Positions 18,559-28,928 of a stretch of DNA of 64,000 nt are shown piece after piece. The stretch lies in the IMG/VR virus record IMGVR_UViG_3300035212_003113, positions 124,001-188,000 of that record, one strand, 5' to 3'. Within the stretch, counting starts at the first letter, position 1. The number at the start of each line of letters is the position of its first letter. The notes beneath the pieces were generated by a model. It had not been told where the DNA came from, made no database searches, and saw only the letters and a list, made by a program, of their open reading frames with translations. The position numbers were made by a program, and so were the translations under genes.

Positions 18559-21500
18559 TTACACGTTACTGATGCAGTACCAGGCAGTGCTTATCCAGAC
18601 CCAAGTCTGCCCGCCACCAGCGGTCATCGTGCGCGCTACGCCGGTCGAAGGGGTTACCGTAGACCCGGCGCCCGAGATATTGACGAGCGAGATGGTGAGG
18701 CCGTCGTCGCTCACGGTCATCGCAGGGAGTGCCACTGCAGCTACGTTCACTGTGTAGGCGACGTTCGTGCGGAGGTTTGCTGCTGTTGGTGTTGCCGGAC
18801 AACTGCCCAGCGCCTTCACGCTGCTGGCCAGTTTGTCGAGAGCCGACCAGACCGTGGTGGGGTCAGGGTCGAGCCATTGGGTAGGCACCGTCGGCGTGTA
18901 CGCGAGCGAGCGCGAGTCGTCGAGGAAGTCGTAGGCGACGAGCGCGGAGACGGTGTACGTCGTCCCGGCAGCGGGGATCGGACTCCACGCAGGCGACACC
19001 GTGATGACCGTCCCGGTGTTGGACGAGACGGTGCGCGTCTGCCCCGATCCGGTTCCGCCCGTCAACGTGATCGTGCCGCCCACCCACTGATTTGTCGTGA
19101 ACGCCTTACTGGTGTCCGTGATCGTCGCAGATGCGCCCGCTGTTGCCGTTCCAGAACTCGTCGGGATGTTCAGCGGGCGCGCAGTGAGCACGCCGGTTGT
19201 CGTGCTGCGGCTGAACGCGAGCGTCGTGTACGACGTCGAGTCCATCTTGTAGCGAGCGCCGCCTCCAGAAGAACCGATCTGGTACCGCGAAGCCGGGATT
19301 CCCGTACCCGAATACACGCGGAACTGGTCGACGACCATTCCGAGGTAGGACGTCGAGGTCGATCCGGTGACACCGCCATTGTCGACGGTGCCGAGCATCG
19401 TGCGGTCGATGTCATAGATGCGGCAGCCGTCGATCTCACCGATGACCAGAGTCGGGCCGAGGGCTGCGCCAAGTGTTGAGTTATGGCACTTGAGCGTGAC
19501 GACACCTGACGGTGCTTTGTTCGCCGTGCCGATCAGCGAGTAGCCGGTGCTATTGGCAAGTGGCAGCAGCGGCGACCACGCGGGCGTGACCGTCAGCGTG
19601 TTCGCCGTGTTGGAAACGACCGTAGCCGTCTGGCCCGAACCTTGTCCTCCCGTCAGCGTGACCGTAGCACCAGCATACTGGTTGACCGTCCATGCCTTCG
19701 TCGTGTCTTGCAGGGTCGTGCTGCTCTGGGTGCCCGTGGCTTGGCCCGTGCCGAGGTTCCACGTCGACGGGCTGGAAGCGTAGGCGTAAGGCACCGCGCC
19801 GAGATAGGTGCGAACGAAGCCTGCCTCGCCGACGGTGCAGCCGTCGATCTCGATGACGCACGTCGGAAGACCGTTTGTCGTCGGGATCGTGTACGCGGTC
19901 GCGATAACCTGACCACCAATCAGGTTGGCCCGGTTCGCGTAGAAATTGAACTGCCCGTAGTTGGCATCCCAGTTTTGGCCGAGGTTCGATCCGGGGAAAG
20001 TCGGCTCGTTGAACAAGAGAGTGCTCAAGCCCGTGACCAACAGCGGATCAGAAGTCGCGTCGGCCTCGACACCGCCACCGACAGCACCCGTGATCTCGAA
20101 CGTCGTCAGCGCACCCGCACCAGTCCACGGCGCAGGGAAGCTCGCCCTGATAGACTGCATGTTCGATGCTGGGAAGTCGGCACGCACAGCAGCGAGCGTG
20201 ACGTTTCCGACGATCTGCACGCCGTTGCCGATCAACTGCACTCGCGCCCGCTTGAAGCCGAGTGTCACGTCACCGACGTAGCGCCCCGGCGCAAGCTGGA
20301 AGATCAGCTTCTCAGTGACGAACTGGCCGACGCTTGCGTTGTAGGTGGTGTTGCTGGGATCGCCAAGCGAAGGAACCTGCGAGTAGGCGTAGTTGATGCT
20401 CGCGTAGGGTTGGCCGAGCGTTCCGCCACCGGGGGCATCGGTGCCGTTGACCGGGTCGACGTAGACGGTGAGCGCCCCAGCGAAAACTGCGCCCGTTGCT
20501 GGCGCGCTCCACGCCACGCCAGTCGCTTGCGTGCTGTCGGCGGTGAGTACTTGACCGTTGGTGCCAACTGGGACACGAGTATTCGCGGTGCTGAAACCGA
20601 GAACGTCGCCCTTTGTCGTCAGCGGCGAAAGCGCGCCGAACGCTGCAGAGACAGTCGTCTGTCCTGTACCACCATTTAATACAGGAAGTATTCCTATTAT
20701 TTCACTAGGGCCGTCACCTAGATCAATAGGGGATGCAGGTGACTGCACTACGCCATCAATCACATGTATGACGCCTGTCCCGGATATTCCAAGGATAGTT
20801 GTCAACACATGGCTTGGATGACCATCTCCAAAATGGAAGGACACAGTGTGGCCAGCATCTGTGCATGTAGCTTCAAGCTCTACATAAACTCTGTCAGTTG
20901 ACAGCACAGTTGTTGATGAAAGCACAACAGAGCAAGTGTACTGTGTAATTGACCCAGGATTATATATAGGCGTTGGCTCTGAAGTAGTAAGAAGATTGGC
21001 GGTATATCCGTCATACTTATATACTTTTGCACGCATGTATGCTGCGCCGGGAAGGTCAACATCTGATGACGCCCATACGTTGAAGTCCCAGATTCCAGCT
21101 GGAATCACAGTTATCCCCGGAACATCAACTGCAGTCAAGAAGCCACCTACATAATCGTATACTCCTCCAGTTGACAGTACATTTGAAGTAAAGACCGTGT
21201 CTGCTGGATTTGATAAAAGAGTAAGTGCCTTAGTTGAATAAGGCGTAGACGGGAGTCCACCTAGTGGAGATTCTGCATCAGAACCGGCCTCCAGGAAGTA
21301 GGTCACTCCTCCACCGCCTCCAGAACCGCCGGATGCATTTGCTCCAGGAACCCAGGCGCTGCCGCTCCACGTAAGAACTTGCCCCGCTACTGGAGAAAGG
21401 CTGGACACCGCATTGCCGCGCAGTGCAATCACATCTGGAGAGAAAAGACTGCCCGACAGATCGCCGTCTACAGTAGATGATTTAATTGCGTCAATTGCAT

Positions 21501-22092
21501 CTTGAACATTCGTAACACCAAACGCAGGAGCAGCCAGCGAATCATCGTAGCTTATTCCATCTGCACTGTTAATGATTGCGGGCGGCACTACCCACGACAG
21601 GGCTCCATAACCATCATTGGCAAGCATCCCCTCCTCATCAATCGGCCAACCAGGAAAAGAGATATCAGGCGCAAGTCCTCCTGATGAAGCGAGTGGTGAT
21701 GTCGCTGTAACGCTCGACACTCCGCCACTGCCACCTCCCCCGCCGGACAACCACTTCAGCTCTCCGCTCTCGAATCCAAGGACCGCTCCCTCGAAATAAG
21801 CATTAGATGTCGAGAAGGAATCGGCAGATACGCCTGCGCCAGCATGGGTTGGGTTTACAAACTCGATGACTCGGATTACATTTAGTACTTTCCAGAGCCT
21901 GTATATCTCGCCACTTGGAGACTCCAGTTCTTTTAGAACGGTGGCTGTTAGTGAGCCAAAATCATTATACTCTAGCTCCGCGTACAAGTCTCTCTCTTCA
22001 CCAGGACGCAGCTTGACCCTGCCAAGAATATTAACATCTGACCTTGATATATTCCTTATTAAAAGTACTGGTTTTATCGGCGTAAAAGACAT
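18559..22092 (-). CDS. tail fibre / virion surface protein D (1177 aa, mosaic)
   Basis: Gly/Thr/Ser-rich; N-terminal ~120 aa paralogous to 22399..25647; fibre motifs GQVLTWSGSAW, LTTKGD, GTNGQVLTADST; YVDPVNGTD. Confidence 0.8.
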   Translation of the reverse strand: MSFTPIKPVLLIRNISRSDVNILGRVKLRPGEERDLYAELEYNDFGSLTATVLKELESPSGEIYRLWKVLNVIRVIEFVNPTHAGAGVSADSFSTSNAYFEGAVLGFESGELKWLSGGGGGSGGVSSVTATSPLASSGGLAPDISFPGWPIDEEGMLANDGYGALSWVVPPAIINSADGISYDDSLAAPAFGVTNVQDAIDAIKSSTVDGDLSGSLFSPDVIALRGNAVSSLSPVAGQVLTWSGSAWVPGANASGGSGGGGGVTYFLEAGSDAESPLGGLPSTPYSTKALTLLSNPADTVFTSNVLSTGGVYDYVGGFLTAVDVPGITVIPAGIWDFNVWASSDVDLPGAAYMRAKVYKYDGYTANLLTTSEPTPIYNPGSITQYTCSVVLSSTTVLSTDRVYVELEATCTDAGHTVSFHFGDGHPSHVLTTILGISGTGVIHVIDGVVQSPASPIDLGDGPSEIIGILPVLNGGTGQTTVSAAFGALSPLTTKGDVLGFSTANTRVPVGTNGQVLTADSTQATGVAWSAPATGAVFAGALTVYVDPVNGTDAPGGGTLGQPYASINYAYSQVPSLGDPSNTTYNASVGQFVTEKLIFQLAPGRYVGDVTLGFKRARVQLIGNGVQIVGNVTLAAVRADFPASNMQSIRASFPAPWTGAGALTTFEITGAVGGGVEADATSDPLLVTGLSTLLFNEPTFPGSNLGQNWDANYGQFNFYANRANLIGGQVIATAYTIPTTNGLPTCVIEIDGCTVGEAGFVRTYLGAVPYAYASSPSTWNLGTGQATGTQSSTTLQDTTKAWTVNQYAGATVTLTGGQGSGQTATVVSNTANTLTVTPAWSPLLPLANSTGYSLIGTANKAPSGVVTLKCHNSTLGAALGPTLVIGEIDGCRIYDIDRTMLGTVDNGGVTGSTSTSYLGMVVDQFRVYSGTGIPASRYQIGSSGGGARYKMDSTSYTTLAFSRSTTTGVLTARPLNIPTSSGTATAGASATITDTSKAFTTNQWVGGTITLTGGTGSGQTRTVSSNTGTVITVSPAWSPIPAAGTTYTVSALVAYDFLDDSRSLAYTPTVPTQWLDPDPTTVWSALDKLASSVKALGSCPATPTAANLRTNVAYTVNVAAVALPAMTVSDDGLTISLVNISGAGSTVTPSTGVARTMTAGGGQTWVWISTAWYCISNV

Positions 22093-22131
22093 GGTTCGCT
22101 CCCTCTAATTATTCTTTTCTGCAAAAAGCCC

Positions 22132-22374
22132 TCAAAATAAACCTAACTCAATGATAAGGTCCGCATCAGCAGAGCCATCCACTTGAAACAAAAAAAGCAA
22201 TATATGAGCAAGATTAACTCTGCGCAAATAGCTAGCGGCATCGGTCTCTGTGCCGATGGAAGTTAATTTCATTAATATCGCAGTATCACAAGCACTCACT
22301 GCATTAACTTCTAGCGGCGACATGGATAAAATGCCCTTTACCGCGACTACAGATACCCGGATGATTTTATTAAA
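22132..22374 (-). pseudogene. decayed duplicate of the C-terminal ~80 codons of the adjacent fibre gene
   Basis: AILMKLTSIGTETDAASYLRRVNLA...QVDGSADADLIIELGLF* aligns with [25 protein letters not shown]...[20 protein letters not shown]. Confidence 0.75.
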
Positions 22375-22398
22375 TCACTGCGGCATGCATCTGCCTTG

Positions 22399-25300
22399 CT
22401 AGTAGAGATCTATCTCTACAACGAGGTCCGCAGCCAACGACCCGTTGGAGCAATCGACCTGCACCGAGAGATAGTCGAATTGCGCGAAATCCACGCTGCG
22501 AAGGTAGCTGGTGGCGCTCGTTGAGGTACCACTTATCGTAGCCTTCATCAGTGTCGCGACGCCCGTATTACCCATGCCCGTTGTCGACTTGTTGATCGTG
22601 ACCGTGAGGTCTTCGCCGACGCCGCCTGCGGTGCGGATATTAATGAACATGCCTTGCAAAATCGTCTTCTGCTGAAAGCGATAAAATACTTCATCCGGGT
22701 CCATGCTGTTGACAAGTGTTCCAGGCCACAGGTAATGCTTACCGGAGTCGATATTACCCCGTACACAAAACTGAATCGTTGTCGGAGTGACGTAAGTGGT
22801 AAACGGGTGCGTGCAGGCAGTCTTTGTAACAAGATCGGTTCCCGGCCCTAGCTGTATGCCGTTTGTTCCGTTGCCTGCCTGTGGTGCGGACTGCAGAATG
22901 TCGCCGCCCGCGTACCGCTGCACCCACGTCAACGCTGCTGTTCCGACGAGGCCCGTGGTTGTACACTCCCAGCCTGTATACGCAAAGGTGCCGTCGTTGC
23001 AGAAGGTATATGCACCGAGCGCCTGGGAGCCCGATGCCATGTCGCCTGCACGCGTCCATGCACCTGCGGCAACGACGTAGATGCCGTTATCCACAGGGTT
23101 AGTTTGGCCAGTGGCAAGCACACGGTCACCGGCAACAAGGGCTACGCCTTGCAGCGTGTAGAGGCCAGTCAGCGCAGTGCTTGACGTTGTCACGACAACT
23201 GGCAGCTTTAGCTGTATTGCAGGATAAGGCGAACCTGCAATGCTTGTTGAGCGCGTCTGAATTTGCGAACCGCTATTCTCGACATAGACTCCGACATAGA
23301 GGCCCGTCGAGGTCGCGGTCGTCGGTGCCGCGACGTATATGTTGAGGTCGCGCGTCGAGAGCTGATTTCCTGCGCCCGTCGACGGCTGGTAGACGCCGAA
23401 CTTGTTGCCCGCGCCGTTGCTACGGACGTTGAGCGTGCTGCCCTTCAAGCAGTTGAACGAGAACGTCGCGACGTTGAGAGCACCCGTGCCGTTAGAGAGC
23501 ACCCCGTAGACGTTCGTCGTCGTGCCAACAGCGAGGCCGCTGTTGTCAACGGTGAGGACCGACGTGCGAAGTTTGCTCGTCACGCTCGTCGTGCCGGGGA
23601 GCGCGATGCCGACGAGATTCGTCGTCGCGTTCGCTGAGTTGAGCGTGAGGCTCAAGTCCTCGACACGCGTGTTCTCGCCCATCGTCAGCAACGTGACCGT
23701 GCCGCCGGGGTTGCTCGCGCTCATCACGATCCGCGTCGTCTGCAACGACATGCCGCGCAGTGAACAGTTGGCTGGGATCGTGAGGCCCGTCGTCGCCGAC
23801 GCGAGCGTATACGTCCCCGGCATGATCCACACGCTTACGCCTGTGAGGGAGTTCGTGTTAATATGCGAGATTGCGGCTTCGACGGTGAGGAACGGCGGAC
23901 CGTTCACGGTGCCCGTCGCGTCGTTGCCGTTCACGCCGTCCACGATCAGTACGTTGCCGAGCTTCGGAGTCAGCGCGCCGCTCGGAAGAGCGATTGCGAC
24001 ATTCGACGCGCTCGTGATGCGGCCCTTAGCGTCAACAGCTATCTGAGCAACGCTGGTGCTGCTACCATAAGTATTAGCTGCAACACCCGTCGTTGTCAGC
24101 GTTGGGTTCGGATACGTATCGGTGAGGTCACCACCAGCAGGACCGCTTGGCGGGAGACTTGTTGGAGGCGCAGGGAACGCGATTGGGGTCGTCGTCGCGG
24201 TGGTGACGTGGCCCTTCGCGTCCACGGTGACCTGCGCGACGTTGGTGCCGTCGCCGTAGGTACCTGCGACGACGCCGCTGGCGTTGTGGGAGACGACCGG
24301 GTTCGCTCCTGTCGTCACGTTGATCGGGGCGGTGCCGGTGACTGACTGGATCGGAGCCGCCGGGAACGCGATGGCGACTTCCGTCGCCGACGTGACGCGA
24401 CCCTTCGTATCGACGGCGACCTGTGCGACGTGCGTACCGTCGCCGTAGGTGGTCGCGACGACTCCCGTCGTCGTGAGCGTTGGGTTCGGATAGCTGCCAG
24501 TCAGATCGCCACCCGCTGGGCCGTTCGGCGGAAGGCTCGTCGGAGGTGCGGGGAACGCAATAGGGGTAGTCGTTGCCGAGGTGACATGCCCCTTGGCATC
24601 GACCGTGAGCCTCGCGCTATTCGTACCGTCACCGTAGGTGGCAGCCACGACACCGCTCGCATCATGACTGACGGTCGGGTTCACACCCGCAGTGACGCTG
24701 ATAGGAGCAGTACCAGTGACCGATTGAATCGGTGAGGAGGGGAACGCAATCGCAACGCTACTCGCGCTCGTGACACGACCCTTGGCGTCGACCGTGACCT
24801 GAGCAACGCTGGTGCCGCTGCCATAGGTATTAGCGGCAACCCCTGTTGTCGTCAGCGTTGGGTTCGGGTAGGTGCCCGTGAGATCGCCGCCGGCGCTTCC
24901 GTTCGGAGGGATGCTTGCTGGAAATGATATCGGAGTTGTCGTCGCCGAGGTGATGCGACCTTTTGCGTCGACCGTCAAACTAGCACTATTTGTGCCGTCG
25001 CCATAGGTATTTGCGACCACACCTGTTGCCGTAAGTGTCGGATTTGGATAAGTCCCAGAGAGATCCCCTCCAGCAGAACCCAATGGAGGCAGTGCAGCTG
25101 GAAATGATATCGGCTCATTGCTTGCACTTGTAATTATGCCTTTTTCACTTACGGTCAGTATGGGCACAGTTGCGCCGTTGCCATAGGTACCTGCAACTAC
25201 TCCGCTATCCTGAATACTTATATTTGGCGTTACTCCGCCTGTAGATGATAGCGGGTTCGATGCACTCACGCCTGATACGCCTACTGTCGCGCCGCCGGCA

Positions 25301-25647
25301 AGCCACTTTAATCCGCCGCTTTCAAAACCTAGTACAGCTCCTTCGAAATAGCTATTTGTTGTTTGAATAGCGCTTGCAACTAATCCATCGCCTTGGTAAG
25401 ATGGATTTATAAAGTTAATTACTTCAATCTTTCTATATATCTTCCACAGAAGATAGATCTCTCCTGCCGGAGCCTCGAGCTCTCTTAGTATTGTGCTGGT
25501 AAGAGGAGATCCATACTCTTTATATTCTAGCCGACTATAAAGATCAACAATTTCCCCTGGTCTTATCTTTACTTTTCCAAGTAGATTGACATCAGATTTA
25601 GTTATATTCTTTACAGTAAATATCGGAAATACCGGATCAGTCCTCAT
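22399..25647 (-). CDS. tail fibre / virion surface protein C (1082 aa) with repetitive shaft
   Basis: Seven TYG-x8-VDAKGRxTSA-type repeats, GDRVL...NGIY fibre module, globular C-terminus. Confidence 0.85.
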   Translation of the reverse strand: MRTDPVFPIFTVKNITKSDVNLLGKVKIRPGEIVDLYSRLEYKEYGSPLTSTILRELEAPAGEIYLLWKIYRKIEVINFINPSYQGDGLVASAIQTTNSYFEGAVLGFESGGLKWLAGGATVGVSGVSASNPLSSTGGVTPNISIQDSGVVAGTYGNGATVPILTVSEKGIITSASNEPISFPAALPPLGSAGGDLSGTYPNPTLTATGVVANTYGDGTNSASLTVDAKGRITSATTTPISFPASIPPNGSAGGDLTGTYPNPTLTTTGVAANTYGSGTSVAQVTVDAKGRVTSASSVAIAFPSSPIQSVTGTAPISVTAGVNPTVSHDASGVVAATYGDGTNSARLTVDAKGHVTSATTTPIAFPAPPTSLPPNGPAGGDLTGSYPNPTLTTTGVVATTYGDGTHVAQVAVDTKGRVTSATEVAIAFPAAPIQSVTGTAPINVTTGANPVVSHNASGVVAGTYGDGTNVAQVTVDAKGHVTTATTTPIAFPAPPTSLPPSGPAGGDLTDTYPNPTLTTTGVAANTYGSSTSVAQIAVDAKGRITSASNVAIALPSGALTPKLGNVLIVDGVNGNDATGTVNGPPFLTVEAAISHINTNSLTGVSVWIMPGTYTLASATTGLTIPANCSLRGMSLQTTRIVMSASNPGGTVTLLTMGENTRVEDLSLTLNSANATTNLVGIALPGTTSVTSKLRTSVLTVDNSGLAVGTTTNVYGVLSNGTGALNVATFSFNCLKGSTLNVRSNGAGNKFGVYQPSTGAGNQLSTRDLNIYVAAPTTATSTGLYVGVYVENSGSQIQTRSTSIAGSPYPAIQLKLPVVVTTSSTALTGLYTLQGVALVAGDRVLATGQTNPVDNGIYVVAAGAWTRAGDMASGSQALGAYTFCNDGTFAYTGWECTTTGLVGTAALTWVQRYAGGDILQSAPQAGNGTNGIQLGPGTDLVTKTACTHPFTTYVTPTTIQFCVRGNIDSGKHYLWPGTLVNSMDPDEVFYRFQQKTILQGMFINIRTAGGVGEDLTVTINKSTTGMGNTGVATLMKATISGTSTSATSYLRSVDFAQFDYLSVQVDCSNGSLAADLVVEIDLY
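23985..25285 (-). repeat. intragenic tandem repeat, seven ~60-codon units with two linker types
   Basis: GGDLxxxYPNPTL linker x4 and VTGTAPI/VSASNPL linker x3, each followed by GVxAxTYG...VDxKG. Confidence 0.85.
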
Positions 25648-25666
25648 GAGTCGCCCCCTCTTCTAC

Positions 25667-28600
25667 TCACTTCAGCGGCTCTAGTAATAGCTCTAATGCT
25701 GCCAGTCTGGCTTCTAGATCCTGATTCTTCTGATGCAGCTCCTGGCATGCCTTTACGACGACGGGAAATAGTCGCAGTGGGGTTGCCTCTAATCTATCTG
25801 GATTATCTTTTAGGGCCAGGCCCATCCACTCCGCATTAGCAGCAGTCTGCGCGGCGTCGAGTTCCTGCGCAATGAATCCGCCCTCAAACTTTTCCTGCTT
25901 CTTGCTGCCGTCAGACACCCCCGGTGTCTGGCCGATAACATTGCCTTCGTCGTCGAGGACTGGAGAGGAGTACCACTCACGGCGGTCCCATTTGAACTGC
26001 ACAGGGCGCACGGTCGAGAGAAAATCTATGCCGAGCGAAATGTCTTGGATGTCAGCCTTGTCGCGCGCGTCGGAGATCAGCGTGATCGTGTTAACTGCGC
26101 AACGCAGCGTCGTCACCGACGAGTTGCCAAGCGTGATCTGATTTGTCGCACTAACGGCAGTCGGAGTCGCGCCATTTCCGATACAAGTCAGGTTCGTTCC
26201 TGATAGAAAAGCGACGCCGCCTGCCGTCTGCCCGAGCACGGTGTTCGTGATCTGCGAGCCCAGCCCTCTTCCGACGTTCAAGCCGTTGATCAGCGCATCA
26301 CCGCCTTGAACATCAAGCGTGGCCGCAGGGTTGACGTTCCCGCCAGTCGCATTTACCAGTACCCTGTTGTTTGACGTATCTACTGCAAATATGCGTACTG
26401 AACCGGCTGCATTTTGTACCTGAAATGCAGTGGTATTGCCCGTATTCGCTCTGGCTATAACAGAGCCAGCGATTCCAGCGTTCGCTCTTGCTCCTGCGAC
26501 AATCACTACGTCGCCGCCGTTTGTGTTTCCTACTGCTGCACCGGCTTGAGCAGTCAGAGTGATACTTGTTCCGTTGCCAGACCCGGCCGTGCCACCTGCC
26601 ACTTGCAGCGGCCCTGTAGGCGTCGACGTACCGACTCCGAGCCGTGAGTTCGTGTTATCCCAGAACAGCCTAGCATTATTCTGCGAATAGATGCCTGATG
26701 CGCCAGCGAAAACAACGCTGCCTAGGGTGAACGCGGTTGCCGTTCCCGTGCCGCCGTTCGCTGCACTGACCGTGCTCCATGAAAACGTGCCCGACCCGTT
26801 GTTCGTCAATACGCCCGAAGCGTTCGCTGCCGGGAACGTCGTCGTCTGACCCCGGATGGCGACGATGTCGCCATCCGCGCTGACTTGAAACTGACCCGTC
26901 GTGCCGACGTTGAGCGTCGATGACAACGTGCGCGAACTGGAGGCCACCGTCGTCGTCGTGTAATAGCCAGACGGGAGTGTCAGCCCGCCGTTCACTATCG
27001 TTGGCGTCGCCAAGATGGCAAAATTTGTGGGAGCTAGCAGAGCCGACGCCAGTGTGTTTCCGGTGACGCCCGTTCCGTACCGAACCATGACCGAGCTAGC
27101 AGTGTTCACGTCTCTGACGACGGTTCCAGCCGGGACAAACAGGTCAAACGACGCCTCAACGGTACACACTGCTGTCGTGGTCAGGGAAATAGTCGTACTG
27201 CCGAGCGTGAGAACGCCGCTGAACGTGACCGCAGGGACAAAGCCAATGCCCAACCGGTTGTTCGTGTCGTCCCAGAATAGGTTGTTGTTGTCCTGCGTAT
27301 AGACACCCGACGCGCCAGCGAAGACAACGCTGCCGAGGGTCAACGCAGGGCCGCTCGGTGCAGTTGCCCATGACAGATTGCCTGCACCATCATTAACAAG
27401 AGCTCCTACTGCATCTGGAGTAGGGAACCCGCGATCCAATACGCCGCCGCCTAGTAACTCGTAAGAAGATGCAGTTATCCTGCCGCCATTTGAAATAGTT
27501 ACTTGAGGAATTCCCGTCTCAGAAATATTGAGATAGCCGTCATCAATATTTACTCCTATGGACCAGTCTGCTGGAAATGCAGACTCGCTAAGTTTAGAGA
27601 CCAGGTGCAGGGACGTTGGGCCGAAATACCCATCTGCCCAGCGGTTTGCGTATGACCCTATTTCATATGCAAGATCGGTATCAGGAATGAGCGAGGCATT
27701 TATAGACGTAGTTGTGAGATTACTAAGTGCTCTGTTGGCTATGCTGGCATCGTCTATAGTATCAAGCGCACTCTGAACAGTGGTGTCCGCTGGAGACAAT
27801 ATGCCATTAAAGCTAGCTGTGTCAGTGTATATCGCACTCGCCGGATGATCTGGATCAAGTAGCCCAGAAAGATTACCGTGATCGCTTATCTGATTTATTG
27901 GCAACGAAGAGACTTTGCGCAAGTCTACGTAATTTGCGCCTGTATCGGTGGACACAATTCTACCTTTTATGGCATTTGTATAGGCATTTGCTGTTTGATA
28001 TATAACTGTGCCAATTATCACTATCTCTGCGAATGGCAGACCCGACAGCGTAGCAAGCTCGGTTGTAGCTCCGGAGCGGGCCGCACTTATGTTGTTGTAT
28101 TCGTTTATGCCCTGTATTGCTATAATTGGATGATTTATGTCATTTGTTGCAAAGACATGCACTAGCACGAAATTGCCGCTTGTCAGCTCTGTTAGCTGCC
28201 ACGTAGAGCCGGTCCACTGATTATAAGGAAGCCTCCCGCCAGCACCTGTATAGCCCGCAGTTCCAGAATAGATTATAGGAAATGTGTCGGCCGTCTTACT
28301 TCTCCAATTACCGGAGACTCCCTCTCTAAAGAAAACCGGTATGCTGGCAATTGGAGCAAGCTCCTGGGGGGCACCATCTGTTATTATATGCTTTATGTCT
28401 TCGTCATAAAACATGCCATTTCCGGCAGAAAACTGGCCATGAATTGCGCTGTCTCCGGCGCCGTCAACATTGAAATCGCTTAGTGCGAATCCATTTATAA
28501 AAGCAGCGCCCATGCTATTATGTAGCCACAGGTGCGTTCCGCCGTCCATGACAAGACCATGACGCTCATCTGCAACGTATATCGCCTTGTTGTTTCCGGC

Positions 28601-28912
28601 GTCCCAGTATACGATTGATACGATTGCATAGGATAAAATCAAGTCATCTGAAAATGTTTGTGTGGTCTCTAGCGTGTAGCCATCAAAATAAAAAAACCAC
28701 AGCCCCTCTGTGTCTGTTATAGAAGCAGATGCAGCGGACAGATGAGTATATTTCACTCCTTGTGCATAGTACTCGAAACGAGATGATGTCGGGGTAATCG
28801 TAAGAGTGCGACTTGTGTCATCAAACGACAGCGTCGTGTCGGCTCTGTTGGGAAAACCGGTTGGCTCCTTGGACATCTCATATATTGTCTTTACGTTTGG
28901 ATTGTGCGACAT
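25667..28912 (-). CDS. tail fibre protein B with C-terminal S74 intramolecular chaperone
   Basis: ISDARDKADI...GIDFLSTVRPVQFKW...GFIAQE...VVKACQEL coiled coil; LFWDxTNxRLGxG repeats. Confidence 0.9.
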   Translation of the reverse strand: MSHNPNVKTIYEMSKEPTGFPNRADTTLSFDDTSRTLTITPTSSRFEYYAQGVKYTHLSAASASITDTEGLWFFYFDGYTLETTQTFSDDLILSYAIVSIVYWDAGNNKAIYVADERHGLVMDGGTHLWLHNSMGAAFINGFALSDFNVDGAGDSAIHGQFSAGNGMFYDEDIKHIITDGAPQELAPIASIPVFFREGVSGNWRSKTADTFPIIYSGTAGYTGAGGRLPYNQWTGSTWQLTELTSGNFVLVHVFATNDINHPIIAIQGINEYNNISAARSGATTELATLSGLPFAEIVIIGTVIYQTANAYTNAIKGRIVSTDTGANYVDLRKVSSLPINQISDHGNLSGLLDPDHPASAIYTDTASFNGILSPADTTVQSALDTIDDASIANRALSNLTTTSINASLIPDTDLAYEIGSYANRWADGYFGPTSLHLVSKLSESAFPADWSIGVNIDDGYLNISETGIPQVTISNGGRITASSYELLGGGVLDRGFPTPDAVGALVNDGAGNLSWATAPSGPALTLGSVVFAGASGVYTQDNNNLFWDDTNNRLGIGFVPAVTFSGVLTLGSTTISLTTTAVCTVEASFDLFVPAGTVVRDVNTASSVMVRYGTGVTGNTLASALLAPTNFAILATPTIVNGGLTLPSGYYTTTTVASSSRTLSSTLNVGTTGQFQVSADGDIVAIRGQTTTFPAANASGVLTNNGSGTFSWSTVSAANGGTGTATAFTLGSVVFAGASGIYSQNNARLFWDNTNSRLGVGTSTPTGPLQVAGGTAGSGNGTSITLTAQAGAAVGNTNGGDVVIVAGARANAGIAGSVIARANTGNTTAFQVQNAAGSVRIFAVDTSNNRVLVNATGGNVNPAATLDVQGGDALINGLNVGRGLGSQITNTVLGQTAGGVAFLSGTNLTCIGNGATPTAVSATNQITLGNSSVTTLRCAVNTITLISDARDKADIQDISLGIDFLSTVRPVQFKWDRREWYSSPVLDDEGNVIGQTPGVSDGSKKQEKFEGGFIAQELDAAQTAANAEWMGLALKDNPDRLEATPLRLFPVVVKACQELHQKNQDLEARLAALELLLEPLK

Positions 28913-28928
28913 ATTTACTCCACCCTGA

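Noticed and set aside
22132-22650. Diversity-generating retroelement TR/VR pair
   Set aside because: Mismatches involve all four bases and divergence is high; no reverse transcriptase in the window
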